Positions 22,606 through 32,429 of a DNA stretch of 64,000 nt are shown here, one piece after another; positions within the stretch are counted from its first letter, which is position 1; every line of letters starts with the position of its first letter. A program made the position numbers and the translations under genes. The stretch is taken from the NCBI GenBank assembly GCA_001784435.1, contig MFQZ01000008.1, positions 23,347 through 87,346 of the forward strand, in the 5' to 3' direction. The DNA is from Candidatus Magasanikbacteria bacterium RIFOXYC2_FULL_42_28 (GTDB lineage Bacteria > Patescibacteriota > Patescibacteriia > Magasanikbacterales > GWA2-37-8). The notes under the pieces are model-generated. The model was not told the origin of the DNA. It did not search any database and worked only from the letters and a program-made list of their open reading frames with translations.

Positions 22606-23802
22606 ATGACAACAACTACACAAAAAATTCCATCAGGATATAAACAAACCGAGATCGGTGTGATTCCGGCCGATTGGGATGTCAAAAATTTAGGTAATGT
22701 TTGTGAAAAAATAACCACCGGAAAACTTAACGCCAATGCAATGGTTGAAGGTGGTGAGTATCGTTTTTATACGTGTGCCAAAGATTATTATCGAATAAAT
22801 CGTTATGCTTTTGATACTGAGGCACTGTTAGTTTCTGGTAATGGTGCAAATGTTGGATATGTACATTACTACAAAGGGAAATTTAATGCTTACCAAAGAA
22901 CGTATGTGCTATCTGATTTTTCAGCAGACATCCAATATATAAAATTATTTTTGGATAGAAATTTACAGGAAAGAATAAGAGTAGAAGTTAATGCAGGCAA
23001 TACCCCATATATCACAATGGGTACACTTACGGAAATGCAACTTGCAGTTCCTCCATTCAAAACTGAACAAACTGCAATTGCGACCACCATCTCCGATATA
23101 GGTATGTTGGTTGAAAAGTTTGAAAAATTAATTGGAAAGAAAAAGAATATCAAACAGGGTGTAATGCAGGAACTTCTTACTAAGAAGCGACGCCTTTCGG
23201 GATTTTCTAGTAAGTGGGAAACGAAAACCTTGGGTGATTTAGTTGATGTAAAAGACGGTACGCACCAAACACCAAGATATGTTGATGAGGGCGTACCTTT
23301 TTATAGTGTTGAAAGCGTTACCAGCAATGATTTTGAAAATACTAAATATATTAGTGAAACCGAACATAGACTATTAACCAAAAATTTCCGAATAGAAAAG
23401 GGTGATATTTTAATGACAAGAATCGGGTCTATTGGAGATTGCAAATTGATTACATGGGAACCGAATGCCAGTTTTTATGTGAGCTTGGCTTTGCTAAAAC
23501 CCAAAGATAAAAAGACCTCTCTTTATATCTACCATTTTTCTAAGACAGATTTCTTTAAAAAAGAATTAGAGGATAGATCCTTGCAATGGGCTGTGCCTAA
23601 AAAAATTAATCTCGGCGAGATTTCCAAAGTAAAAATTTATCTCCCAGTTGATCCTGAAGAACAAACCGCTATCGCCACTGTCTTGTCAGATATGGACACA
23701 GAAATTGAAAAACTGGAATCGCAACTTACCAAATACCAAAATATTAAACAAGGAATGATGCAAACACTTTTAACAGGCAAAATAAGATTACTTACAAAAT
23801 AA
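22606..23802 (+). CDS. hsdS: type I RM specificity subunit with two target-recognition domains
   Basis: central and C-terminal conserved repeats (QGVMQELLTKKRRL / QGMMQTLLTGKIRL). Confidence 0.85.
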   Translation: MTTTTQKIPSGYKQTEIGVIPADWDVKNLGNVCEKITTGKLNANAMVEGGEYRFYTCAKDYYRINRYAFDTEALLVSGNGANVGYVHYYKGKFNAYQRTYVLSDFSADIQYIKLFLDRNLQERIRVEVNAGNTPYITMGTLTEMQLAVPPFKTEQTAIATTISDIGMLVEKFEKLIGKKKNIKQGVMQELLTKKRRLSGFSSKWETKTLGDLVDVKDGTHQTPRYVDEGVPFYSVESVTSNDFENTKYISETEHRLLTKNFRIEKGDILMTRIGSIGDCKLITWEPNASFYVSLALLKPKDKKTSLYIYHFSKTDFFKKELEDRSLQWAVPKKINLGEISKVKIYLPVDPEEQTAIATVLSDMDTEIEKLESQLTKYQNIKQGMMQTLLTGKIRLLTK

Positions 23803-23806
23803 CAAT

Positions 23807-26800
23807 ATGGAAACACTAAACACAACTAAAGTCGGCCAGCTGGAACGCAAAACGCAAGATCGTATTGTGGCTTTGTTTCGTGATCGGCTTGGCTATGATT
23901 ATCTCGGCAACTTTGAAGAGCGAGAGGAAAACAACAATGTTGAAGAGGTCTATTTGCGCTCTTTTCTTTTGCGTTCCGGACACAGCGAAACTTTGATCAG
24001 CAAAGCCATTGAGAAGTTAAAGAAATGCACCAATCGTCCGCAGATGAGCTTGTATGATCTGAATAAAGAAACTTACAGCTTGCTTCGCTACAGTGCCAAA
24101 GAACGAGAGAAATTGGGAGAGCACAAGCAGGATGTTGAATTCATTGACTGGGAACATCCGGAGAATAATCATTTTGCGATTGCCGAGGAAGTGACGATCA
24201 AAGGCAACCGTACCAAACGGCCGGATATCGTGCTGTATGTAAACGGCATTGCTGTCGGTGTGATTGAACTCAAGCGAAGCATTGTTTCCGTGTCCGAAGG
24301 CATTCGCCAAAACATTGGCAATCAAAAAGAAGAATTTATCAAAACATTTTTCGGTACGATTCAGTTAGTTATGGCTGGTAATGACACTGAAGGTTTGCGT
24401 TATGGCACGACCGAAACTCCCGAACAACATTATTTGTCTTGGAAAGAGACAGGTCTCGGCAGTGAGTCCAGATTGGACCGAGCTATTTTGCAGATTTGCG
24501 ATAAGAAGCGTTTATTGGAAATTATCCACGACTTTATTGTTTTTGATAGCGGTATAAAAAAGACTTGCCGACATAATCAGTATTTTGGCGTTAAGGCCGC
24601 TCAGGATTATGTCAATCGTCACGAGGGTGGAATTGTTTGGCATACGCAAGGTAGTGGCAAGAGTTTGACGATGGTCTGGCTGGCTAAATGGATTCGCGAG
24701 AATATCAACGATGCTCGGGTGCTTTTACTTACCGACCGCACCGAACTTGATCAGCAAATCAAACAGGTTTTTGACGGCGTGAACGAAGAAATATATCGAG
24801 CACCAAGTGCCAGAGATTTATTGGACGAATTAAACAAAAAAGATAAGTGGTTGCTTTGTTCGCTCGTGCATAAATTTGGCCGAGTAAACGGGACCGGCGA
24901 GCTTGATGTTGATGACTATCTTTCAGAGATAAAGAAAAACTTGCCGAAGGACTTTTCTGCCAAAGGCAATTTGTTTGTGTTTGTGGATGAATGTCATCGC
25001 TCTCATACCGGCAAACTGCACGAAGCGATGAAGGAACTTTTGCCAACGGCAACATTCCTTGGCTTTACCGGCACTCCGCTTCTCAAGGTTGATAAATCAA
25101 ACAGCATCGGGGCGTTTGGACCGTATATCCATACTTATAAATATAACGAGGCCGTGGCCGACAAGGTGGTTTTGGATTTACGTTATGAAGCTCGCCGAGT
25201 TGATCAAAGTATCAGCTCCCAAGATAAGATCGACGAATGGTTTGAAGAACGCACCCAAGGGCTTACTGATGTCGCCAAAGCAGAACTCAAGCGACGTTGG
25301 GGTACGATGCAAAGTTTGCTCTCATCTCGATCACGACTGGAGAAAGTGGTTTTTGATATCTTAGATGACTTCTACAAAAAGGATCGCTTAGCCAGTGGTC
25401 GTGGCAATGCCATGCTCGTGGCCAGCAGTATCTATGAAGCTTGTCAGTATTATGAAATTTTCCAGACGATGGGCTTTACCAAGTGTGCCGTGGTGACTTC
25501 TTACGAACCCGGTGCTTTGTCTACCGATACTCGCGAATATGCGGTTTATCAGAAAATGTTAAACGGCAAGAGCACGGAAGATTTTGAGAAAGAAATCAAA
25601 AAGAAATTCATTGAAACTCCGGGTCAAATGCAACTGCTGATTGTGGTGGACAAACTTTTGACTGGTTTTGACGCACCGCCAGCTACTTATCTCTACATTG
25701 ATAAGAATATGCAGGATCACGGCTTGTTCCAAGCGATTTGTCGTGTGAACCGATTGGATGGCGAAGATAAAGAGTACGGCTATATTGTGGACTATCGGGA
25801 CCTATTCAAAAAACTAGAGAAAGCTGTCGGCGATTATACTGCCGGTGCTCTTGAGGGTTTTGATAAGGAAGACGTGCTCGGGCTTTTGAAGGATCGCATG
25901 GATGAAGGCAAAAAGGATTTGGATGAGGCAATGGAAATTGTGAAGGCACTTTGCGAGCCAGTCTCTCCGCCGAAAGATTCAGCCATGTATATCCGCTACT
26001 TCTGCGGTGATGTTGAAAACCCTTACTCCCTCAAAGAAAATGAAATCAAGCGAGTAAAACTTTATAAATCTGTCAGTCATTTGCTTCGAGCTTATGCCGA
26101 CTTGGCCAACGATATGGCTGATGCTGGTTATACCAAAGATCAGGCACAAGCGATTGAGCGAGAAGTTAGACACTACGAACAAGTACGAATGGAAGTTAAA
26201 CTTGCCAGCGGTGATTACATTGATCTGAAGAAATACGAACCGGCAATGCGAGTTTTGATTGACCGTTATATTTCGGCTACCGAAAGCGAGAAGTTGTCGG
26301 CTTTTGACGATATGACTTTGGTGGACTTAATTGTGAAGAAAGGTGAAGACGCTTTGAATGACTTGCCAGACGCTATTAAGCAAAGTCAGGAAGCGGTTGC
26401 CGAAACAATTGAGAACAACGTCCGCAAGCTGATCATTGATGAGATGCCGACTAACCCGAAGTATTATTTGCGAATGTCCGAACTCTTGGATGAGCTGGTC
26501 AAGAAACGCAAACAGGCTGACGTTGAGTATAAGGAATATTTAAAGCAGATTGTGGCTTTGTCCAAGAAAGTTAAAAACCCAATGGACGAGTCTGTTGGTG
26601 CGGAAATAAATACCTCTACTAAGCGAGCGATTTATGACAATCTTGGTCAGGATGTAAATAAGGCCGTGGCGGTGCATGAAGCCGTGATCGCTTCGAGGCA
26701 AGCCGACTGGCGTGGCAATCGTTTGAAAGAACGAGCAATCAAGATTGAAATCAAAAACGCTTTGCCCGAAATCACAGACGAGGAATTGAAAAACCTTTTT

Positions 26801-26830
26801 GAGATTATCAAGAATCAAAATGAGTACTAA
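23807..26830 (+). CDS. hsdR: type I restriction enzyme R subunit (SF2 helicase plus nuclease)
   Basis: Walker A QGSGKS, DECH box (FVDECHRSH), 1007 aa. Confidence 0.9.
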   Translation: METLNTTKVGQLERKTQDRIVALFRDRLGYDYLGNFEEREENNNVEEVYLRSFLLRSGHSETLISKAIEKLKKCTNRPQMSLYDLNKETYSLLRYSAKEREKLGEHKQDVEFIDWEHPENNHFAIAEEVTIKGNRTKRPDIVLYVNGIAVGVIELKRSIVSVSEGIRQNIGNQKEEFIKTFFGTIQLVMAGNDTEGLRYGTTETPEQHYLSWKETGLGSESRLDRAILQICDKKRLLEIIHDFIVFDSGIKKTCRHNQYFGVKAAQDYVNRHEGGIVWHTQGSGKSLTMVWLAKWIRENINDARVLLLTDRTELDQQIKQVFDGVNEEIYRAPSARDLLDELNKKDKWLLCSLVHKFGRVNGTGELDVDDYLSEIKKNLPKDFSAKGNLFVFVDECHRSHTGKLHEAMKELLPTATFLGFTGTPLLKVDKSNSIGAFGPYIHTYKYNEAVADKVVLDLRYEARRVDQSISSQDKIDEWFEERTQGLTDVAKAELKRRWGTMQSLLSSRSRLEKVVFDILDDFYKKDRLASGRGNAMLVASSIYEACQYYEIFQTMGFTKCAVVTSYEPGALSTDTREYAVYQKMLNGKSTEDFEKEIKKKFIETPGQMQLLIVVDKLLTGFDAPPATYLYIDKNMQDHGLFQAICRVNRLDGEDKEYGYIVDYRDLFKKLEKAVGDYTAGALEGFDKEDVLGLLKDRMDEGKKDLDEAMEIVKALCEPVSPPKDSAMYIRYFCGDVENPYSLKENEIKRVKLYKSVSHLLRAYADLANDMADAGYTKDQAQAIEREVRHYEQVRMEVKLASGDYIDLKKYEPAMRVLIDRYISATESEKLSAFDDMTLVDLIVKKGEDALNDLPDAIKQSQEAVAETIENNVRKLIIDEMPTNPKYYLRMSELLDELVKKRKQADVEYKEYLKQIVALSKKVKNPMDESVGAEINTSTKRAIYDNLGQDVNKAVAVHEAVIASRQADWRGNRLKERAIKIEIKNALPEITDEELKNLFEIIKNQNEY

Positions 26831-27545
26831 TTCTTATCTACAACTTGGCAGTGTTGAAGCATTGGTCGTCCGCAAGCCGATCAAGAATTTGCATCTTTCG
26901 GTTTTGCCTCCCAACGGTTGGGTGCGTGTCACTGCACCAGCAAATATGAAAGACGACGCTATCCGTACGCTCTTGGCTTTGAGATTGCCATGGATCAAGA
27001 AACAGCAAGCCAAATTTACTGGCCAAGAAAGGCAAACCAAGCGTGATTATTCCTCCGGTGAAAGCCATTACTTTTTTGGTAAACGCTATCGCCTTGAAGT
27101 GGTTTATAAAGACGAGGCACCTGTTGTTACCTTGAAAGGAAAAAATAAGATTATTTTACAGGTTCGACCGAAAAGTCCGGCGATCAAACGCCGAGAAGTG
27201 ATGATGGATTGGTATCGCAAGGAGTTGCACACGGTCGTTGATGAATTGATTGCCAAGTGGCAAAAGAAAATGGGCGTAGAGGTTAAATTTTGGGGTATTA
27301 AGCAGATGAAGACTCGTTGGGGTACCTGCAATCACAAGCGAGCTCGAGTCTTGATAAACCTAGAGCTAGCCAAAAAGCCGATCGCTTGCGTGGAGTATGT
27401 CGTAGTCCACGAGCTTTTGCATTTGATTGAGAAAAAACACAGCGACAAATTTGTCGCCCTAATGGCAAAATACATTCCGAAATGGAAAGGCATAAAAGAG
27501 GAACTGAACAGTTTTATTTTGTCGTACGAGGAGTGGAAGTATTAG
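26820..27545 (+). CDS. YgjP/DUF45-type (M48-like) zinc metallopeptidase, a type commonly linked to hsdR
   Basis: HExxH motif (VVVHELLHLIE); start overlaps the hsdR stop. Confidence 0.6.
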   Translation: MSTNSYLQLGSVEALVVRKPIKNLHLSVLPPNGWVRVTAPANMKDDAIRTLLALRLPWIKKQQAKFTGQERQTKRDYSSGESHYFFGKRYRLEVVYKDEAPVVTLKGKNKIILQVRPKSPAIKRREVMMDWYRKELHTVVDELIAKWQKKMGVEVKFWGIKQMKTRWGTCNHKRARVLINLELAKKPIACVEYVVVHELLHLIEKKHSDKFVALMAKYIPKWKGIKEELNSFILSYEEWKY

Positions 27546-27616
27546 TCTTGACTAGTAAAAATAGGCTGTAATTTGCTATCGAAAAATTTTCGATAAACTG
27601 ATATAATTATTGTAGT

Positions 27617-28687
27617 ATGAAATCACAATCCTCAAAAATTAAAGTCGTTGATTTATTTTGTGGCATTGGTGGACTGACTCACGGTCTTATCAAGGAGGGT
27701 TTAGATGTGGTGGCAGGAATTGATAACGATTCAAGTTGTAAATTTGGTTATGAATACAACAACAAGGCTCAATTTATTGATAGCGACATTCTTAAGGTAA
27801 CACCTGATCAAATAAATAAATTATTTGGTACAAAAAAGGGCACAATACGTGTTCTTGCTGGTTGTGCCCCTTGCCAGCCATTTTCAAGATTGAATCTAAA
27901 AAAAGTCACCGAAAAACAACTTGAGCCACTGGGTAAATTTGCTCAACTTATTGCGACTGTTCAGCCAGACATTGTCTCAATGGAAAATGTTAGTGGTTTA
28001 GCTGACACAAATAAATACCCCGTCTTTGCTAAATTTATAAAGACTCTGGAGGATAACGGATATAAATATAAATATGAAGTGGTAGATGTCTCAGAATTTG
28101 GCGTACCTCAAAAACGAAAACGATTAGTTTTATTGGCCTCAAAGTTTGGTGAAATTGAATTGATAAAAAGAACTCACAAAGACAAGCGAGTTACTGTTCG
28201 TGATGTTATAAAACACCTTGAACCAATCAAAGATGGTCAAACAAGTAAAAAAGACCCTCTTCATAAGGCAAGAAAACTTGATCCAATAAATCTTGATCGA
28301 ATCAAGGCGACTCCACATAATGGCGGGAATTCAGAAAGTTGGAGTGAAGATTTAATGCTTGATTGCCACAAAAAAGCTTCAGGAAAGACTTATCGAAGTA
28401 CCGTTTATGGCCGAATGAGATGGGACGAACCAGCACCGACTATGACAACTCAATGCATAGGTTTAGGGAATGGTCGTTTTGGTCACCCAACACAAAATCG
28501 TGCTATAAGTTTAAGGGAGGCCGCAATATTTCAAACATTCCCTGAAAATTATAAATTTACCGAGTCCGAAGACTCTATGGTGGTTACTAAAGTGGCAAAG
28601 TTTATTGGAAACGCAGTACCAGTAAGGCTGGGATCAGTCATTGGCAAGAGTATCAAGAATCACCTCAAATATTATGAAAAACAATAA
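27617..28687 (+). CDS. DNA (cytosine-5) methyltransferase
   Basis: motif I DLFCGIGG, motif IV GCAPCQPFS, motif VI ENV (SMENV). Confidence 0.85.
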   Translation: MKSQSSKIKVVDLFCGIGGLTHGLIKEGLDVVAGIDNDSSCKFGYEYNNKAQFIDSDILKVTPDQINKLFGTKKGTIRVLAGCAPCQPFSRLNLKKVTEKQLEPLGKFAQLIATVQPDIVSMENVSGLADTNKYPVFAKFIKTLEDNGYKYKYEVVDVSEFGVPQKRKRLVLLASKFGEIELIKRTHKDKRVTVRDVIKHLEPIKDGQTSKKDPLHKARKLDPINLDRIKATPHNGGNSESWSEDLMLDCHKKASGKTYRSTVYGRMRWDEPAPTMTTQCIGLGNGRFGHPTQNRAISLREAAIFQTFPENYKFTESEDSMVVTKVAKFIGNAVPVRLGSVIGKSIKNHLKYYEKQ

Positions 28688-30347
28688 TGATAATTTCTCT
28701 TTTGAGATTTCACTGAGCGTTTTGAATCACTTAGGAAGAAATCTGTACAGAAGTTTTGCTACAGTTCTCGGAGAAGCAATCTCTAATGCATGGGATGCTG
28801 ACGCAAAAAATGTCTCAATCTATATCAACAAGAAAGGCAACAGCTTTTTTATCAAAGATGACGGAGTTGGTATGACAAGTGATGATTTTCAAAATAAGTT
28901 TTTGAAAATTGGATACTCAAAGAGAAAAGATGGCGGTTCTGCTTCTCCCAAGGGCAGACCTTATATAGGCAGGAAAGGTATCGGTAAATTAGCTTTGCTG
29001 TCTTGTGCGGACAAAATAACCGTTATATCAAAAACTAAATCCAGCAAGTACATTGGTGGTGTCATTGATAACTCCGGTTTAGACAAAGCAATAACAGAAG
29101 ATCTTACTCCCAAGGAGTATTCTCTTGGATCATGGACAGAAAGCACTTTTGCCACCCATACAAAAGATCATAAACATGGCACAATAATTTATTTTGAAGG
29201 TATCAAGGACGGTATACAAAACAGCTTAGAGTTTTTGAAAAAGATTGTTGCTTTGTATTTTCGTTTTTCACTTTTAGATAAAACATTCAATATCTTTATT
29301 GATGGCGAAAAAATCACACATGAATCCCTTAATGATCTTGCTGAAAAAACAGAGTTTTTATGGAAAATAAATGAACACAAGGATCCTTACGTTCAAAGTC
29401 TTGAAAAGAGATTTACTCCAGAAAAAAACGAGCAAAGAGACATCGTCCTTAAAGGTACTAAAGTGAAGGGGTTTATTGCGTCAGTTGAACGACCAAGAGA
29501 TCTTAAAATAATGACGACAGAGGAAAGAATCGGAATCGACCTTTTTGTAAATGGAAGATTGCGAGAAAGAGATATCCTCAAACATATACCAACATCTCGA
29601 GTGGCCGAGAATTATTTGTATGGACAGATTCACTTCAATGAGCTTGATAGTGGCGATGATATATTTACTAGTAGCCGAGAGGGTGTGGTTGCTGATGATC
29701 CAAAATATAAAAAGTTTCTAGATACTCTGCGAAAAAGTGTGATATTAAAAATTGTTGAGGATTGGGACAAATGGAGAATAGCCCACAGGAAGGATGGCGA
29801 TTCAGAAAACGAGAGAATGACCCCTCGAGATAGAAAATCAATGGAGTTATTTAATACCGTTTCCAAAGAATATACAGTTACAGGAAAATCAAAACATAAA
29901 AAGAAAATTGACACATGGGTTAATGATCTTGCTGATGACGCTCAATACAATTTTGGCTCTTATGCGGAATGTTTTGTATCAGAAAATTTAATCAGAAATT
30001 ATATTGGCGAAAAGAAAATAACCTTGTCAAAGGAAGCAAAAACAGAAATTGCGAAATGGAAAAAAGTAGAAACGGAGTCTAAAAATAAAGGCAATGTTAG
30101 TATTGGTATCCGCAAAAATAATAGTGATTTGAGCTATCTATCTATGAATGATCTCGCATACCTTGTAGATAAAGCAAAAGATCCAACTAAAGAGGCTTGT
30201 CTTGCGAGAGATGCAAACGAGTATAAGCCAATTCGAGACTCGCTTGCTCACACAGCACTTCTAACTGATGCGGCGAAAAAGAAGTTAACCTCGGTTTATG
30301 AAAATATCAAAGGCAGACTCATTACATTACTGTCTGGGAAGGCCTAA
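28674..30347 (+). CDS. GHKL-superfamily (HATPase_c, MORC/MutL-like) ATPase with a large C-terminal domain of unknown function; 14-nt overlap with the upstream m5C methyltransferase gene
   Basis: N-box EAISNAWDA, G1 box DDGVGM, G2-like GRKGIGKLAL. Confidence 0.6.
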   Translation: MKNNNDNFSFEISLSVLNHLGRNLYRSFATVLGEAISNAWDADAKNVSIYINKKGNSFFIKDDGVGMTSDDFQNKFLKIGYSKRKDGGSASPKGRPYIGRKGIGKLALLSCADKITVISKTKSSKYIGGVIDNSGLDKAITEDLTPKEYSLGSWTESTFATHTKDHKHGTIIYFEGIKDGIQNSLEFLKKIVALYFRFSLLDKTFNIFIDGEKITHESLNDLAEKTEFLWKINEHKDPYVQSLEKRFTPEKNEQRDIVLKGTKVKGFIASVERPRDLKIMTTEERIGIDLFVNGRLRERDILKHIPTSRVAENYLYGQIHFNELDSGDDIFTSSREGVVADDPKYKKFLDTLRKSVILKIVEDWDKWRIAHRKDGDSENERMTPRDRKSMELFNTVSKEYTVTGKSKHKKKIDTWVNDLADDAQYNFGSYAECFVSENLIRNYIGEKKITLSKEAKTEIAKWKKVETESKNKGNVSIGIRKNNSDLSYLSMNDLAYLVDKAKDPTKEACLARDANEYKPIRDSLAHTALLTDAAKKKLTSVYENIKGRLITLLSGKA

Positions 30348-30366
30348 CTAAAGTAAATATGGGTTA

Positions 30367-30546
30367 TGGCCAACGATAACGATCCAATCAAAGACGACCC
30401 AGATGAAGAAGCTCCGGACGAGGAAGTCGCTGAGCTTATGGAAACCCACGATCTTGATAAAGACACGGCCGAGCGTGTGCAGGAGATCATGGAAGATTTG
30501 GGTGTGGACGAAGATGACGCCGTTGAGATCGAGGAGAGTCTTTAGT
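30367..30546 (+). CDS. 59-aa highly acidic small protein (MANDNDPIKDDPDEEAPDEE...)
   Basis: ORF below the 60-aa track cutoff, found by reading the sequence; ATG at 30367, TAG at 30544. Confidence 0.3.
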
Positions 30547-31114
30547 TAAGCAATTATGACTCGGTGCAATTTGCTTAACTTTTCCGAAGTTAAGCAAATA
30601 GTTCTAGGCTCGCAAATTTCGTCAAACCGGTGGGCTATGGTCGCAAGATGTGTCAAAGGTCTATCCGGGGTGCAAAGCTCGCCATAAGGGCAGACAAGGG
30701 GCAACAACGTTTTACTTTTTGGCTAACAGGAGATCGTAGTTGTAAAACTTGGCAACTTTCTTGATGTTATTCATTTTTTCGCGTAAAGTAACCATATACT
30801 CTTTATCCTCGAGCACTGTTATAAGACCCGACAGTGCCTGACCCCGAATTTTTTCTTATGTTGCCAAATGTTGCCAAAAACCGCTATGTTAACGCCTTAT
30901 TTTGGTTGATGTTTTTTTCGGCGGCCGTCCATATGGCGGTCTTATTTTTTCTGACGATAATCAACAATAATTGGCAAATTATAAATTATTTTAATATCTT
31001 GGATTTTGATTTAATCGCGCCTAATTTTCCTGGACTAAATAACTTAACTTTAGCCACATTTACCGGTTTAATAATTTATCTTTTAATATTTTTCTTCGGC
31101 ACAAAAAAAAATAA

Positions 31115-31843
31115 CTAACGCACATCGGACAGATAACCTTTTTGTTTACCGCTAAAATAATAACATAGAAATTGAAAAAAATATTCCCACAGCCCTTTAA
31201 ACACGCTCCCCTTAAACCGCCGACCGGAAAAAGCCACCGCCGGCGTCGGTAAAAAAACTATTTTACCCAATTTATTAAGACGAAAACCCAAGTCCAAATC
31301 TTCCATTGCCTGTAAATTCGGGTTAAACCCGCCCACGCACTCATAAGTTTCTTTATAAACGGCAAAACTAAACCCGGAGATAAAATAATTACCAAACAAG
31401 CGCCAATAAAACCAATTCCACTTTGGCCAAAACCAATTAAAAAACCGGCCGCGCCAATCTAACAAATCATTAATCATCACCGCTCCGGTTACCGCCGGGG
31501 CATTTGTTTTTTTAAGAGCACCAACCATTGCCTCCACCCAATTCGGTGGCGCGATCGTGTCGGCATCGGTTGATAAAATAATTTGGCCTTGGGCGCTGTT
31601 AAACCCAGCCGCCCGCGCCGCTCCTCGGCCTTGCTGATGTTCTGAAATAATACGCAAATTTAAACGCGACTGAAAGCGCGTGGCGACGGCGACAGTTTTG
31701 TCCGTAGAATTATTATCCACCACAATCACTTCAAAAATATAACCGGTTTTTTGCGCAACTAAAAATTCCAAACAGTCAGAAATTTTTTCTTCTTCATTAA
31801 AAGCGGGTATTACTACGGAAATTAAATTATTATCTGGATTCAT
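31115..31843 (-). CDS. family 2 glycosyltransferase
   Basis: VVIPAFNEE...VVDNNSTD...DAD motifs. Confidence 0.7.
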   Translation of the reverse strand: MNPDNNLISVVIPAFNEEEKISDCLEFLVAQKTGYIFEVIVVDNNSTDKTVAVATRFQSRLNLRIISEHQQGRGAARAAGFNSAQGQIILSTDADTIAPPNWVEAMVGALKKTNAPAVTGAVMINDLLDWRGRFFNWFWPKWNWFYWRLFGNYFISGFSFAVYKETYECVGGFNPNLQAMEDLDLGFRLNKLGKIVFLPTPAVAFSGRRFKGSVFKGLWEYFFQFLCYYFSGKQKGYLSDVR

Positions 31844-31922
31844 ACCATTTAAAAATCCTTCCCAAAAATATTTTCGGAAGGATTTTAAATTATCACAAAA
31901 CTACTGTTTGGGTAAATGACGA

Positions 31923-32423
31923 TTATCTCCTGAGCAAATTCACTTCACCAACCGGCACTCCGGAAGCATCGCTGTCATAAATCGGCGCTTTTTCCAAATC
32001 ATAGCGACGGATCTGACCATCCCAATAATCGGTATAATCACCTTTGGCCAATTTAATCGCGAATAGCGTGATGGAATAAGCGCTTAAAATTATCGCCAGT
32101 CCAATTACCGCTTGAGTTAAAAGCGATTTGGCTTTAGTTACCTGCTCATCGTTACCCCCGGCCGTCATCCACAAAAATCCGGCGTAAAGAGTAAACACAA
32201 AAAACAACATTCCCAAAAATTCCAAAGCCACGCGGATGATATTGGCGACAATTTGGCGGGGGTCTTTGACATCGGCCGGAGTATAGCCAGCGCCAGTGCC
32301 GGCCGCGCCCAATTGGCCCACGATATCCGGTCCGTCTAAAGCGCTCGCTTGGCGAGCGGAAAACAATCCTACACCCAACATAACAACCAACGCCGAGATA
32401 ATTAAAAATTTTGTAAATTTCAT
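31923..32423 (-). CDS. T4SS-pilin-like (TrbC/VirB2-like) two-TM protein, paralog 1
   Basis: signal peptide; core YAGFLWMTAGGNDEQVTKAKSLLTQAVIGLAIIL; variable N-domain. Confidence 0.6.
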   Translation of the reverse strand: MKFTKFLIISALVVMLGVGLFSARQASALDGPDIVGQLGAAGTGAGYTPADVKDPRQIVANIIRVALEFLGMLFFVFTLYAGFLWMTAGGNDEQVTKAKSLLTQAVIGLAIILSAYSITLFAIKLAKGDYTDYWDGQIRRYDLEKAPIYDSDASGVPVGEVNLLRR

Positions 32424-32429
32424 AAATTA

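Noticed and set aside
14055-30900. Direct repeat of the tRNA-His 3' end marking the distal island boundary
   Set aside because: No copy of GGGTTCAAATCCCATTAGGCACC or a fragment longer than 10 nt was seen downstream. Serine integrases use very short crossover cores, so absence is not informative. The boundary is left approximate.
30834-31118. 94-aa hydrophobic plus-strand ORF between the island and the GT2 gene
   Set aside because: It is an AT-rich, low-complexity (Phe/Leu/Asn) translation with no start context or family resemblance. It may be real but is unsupported.
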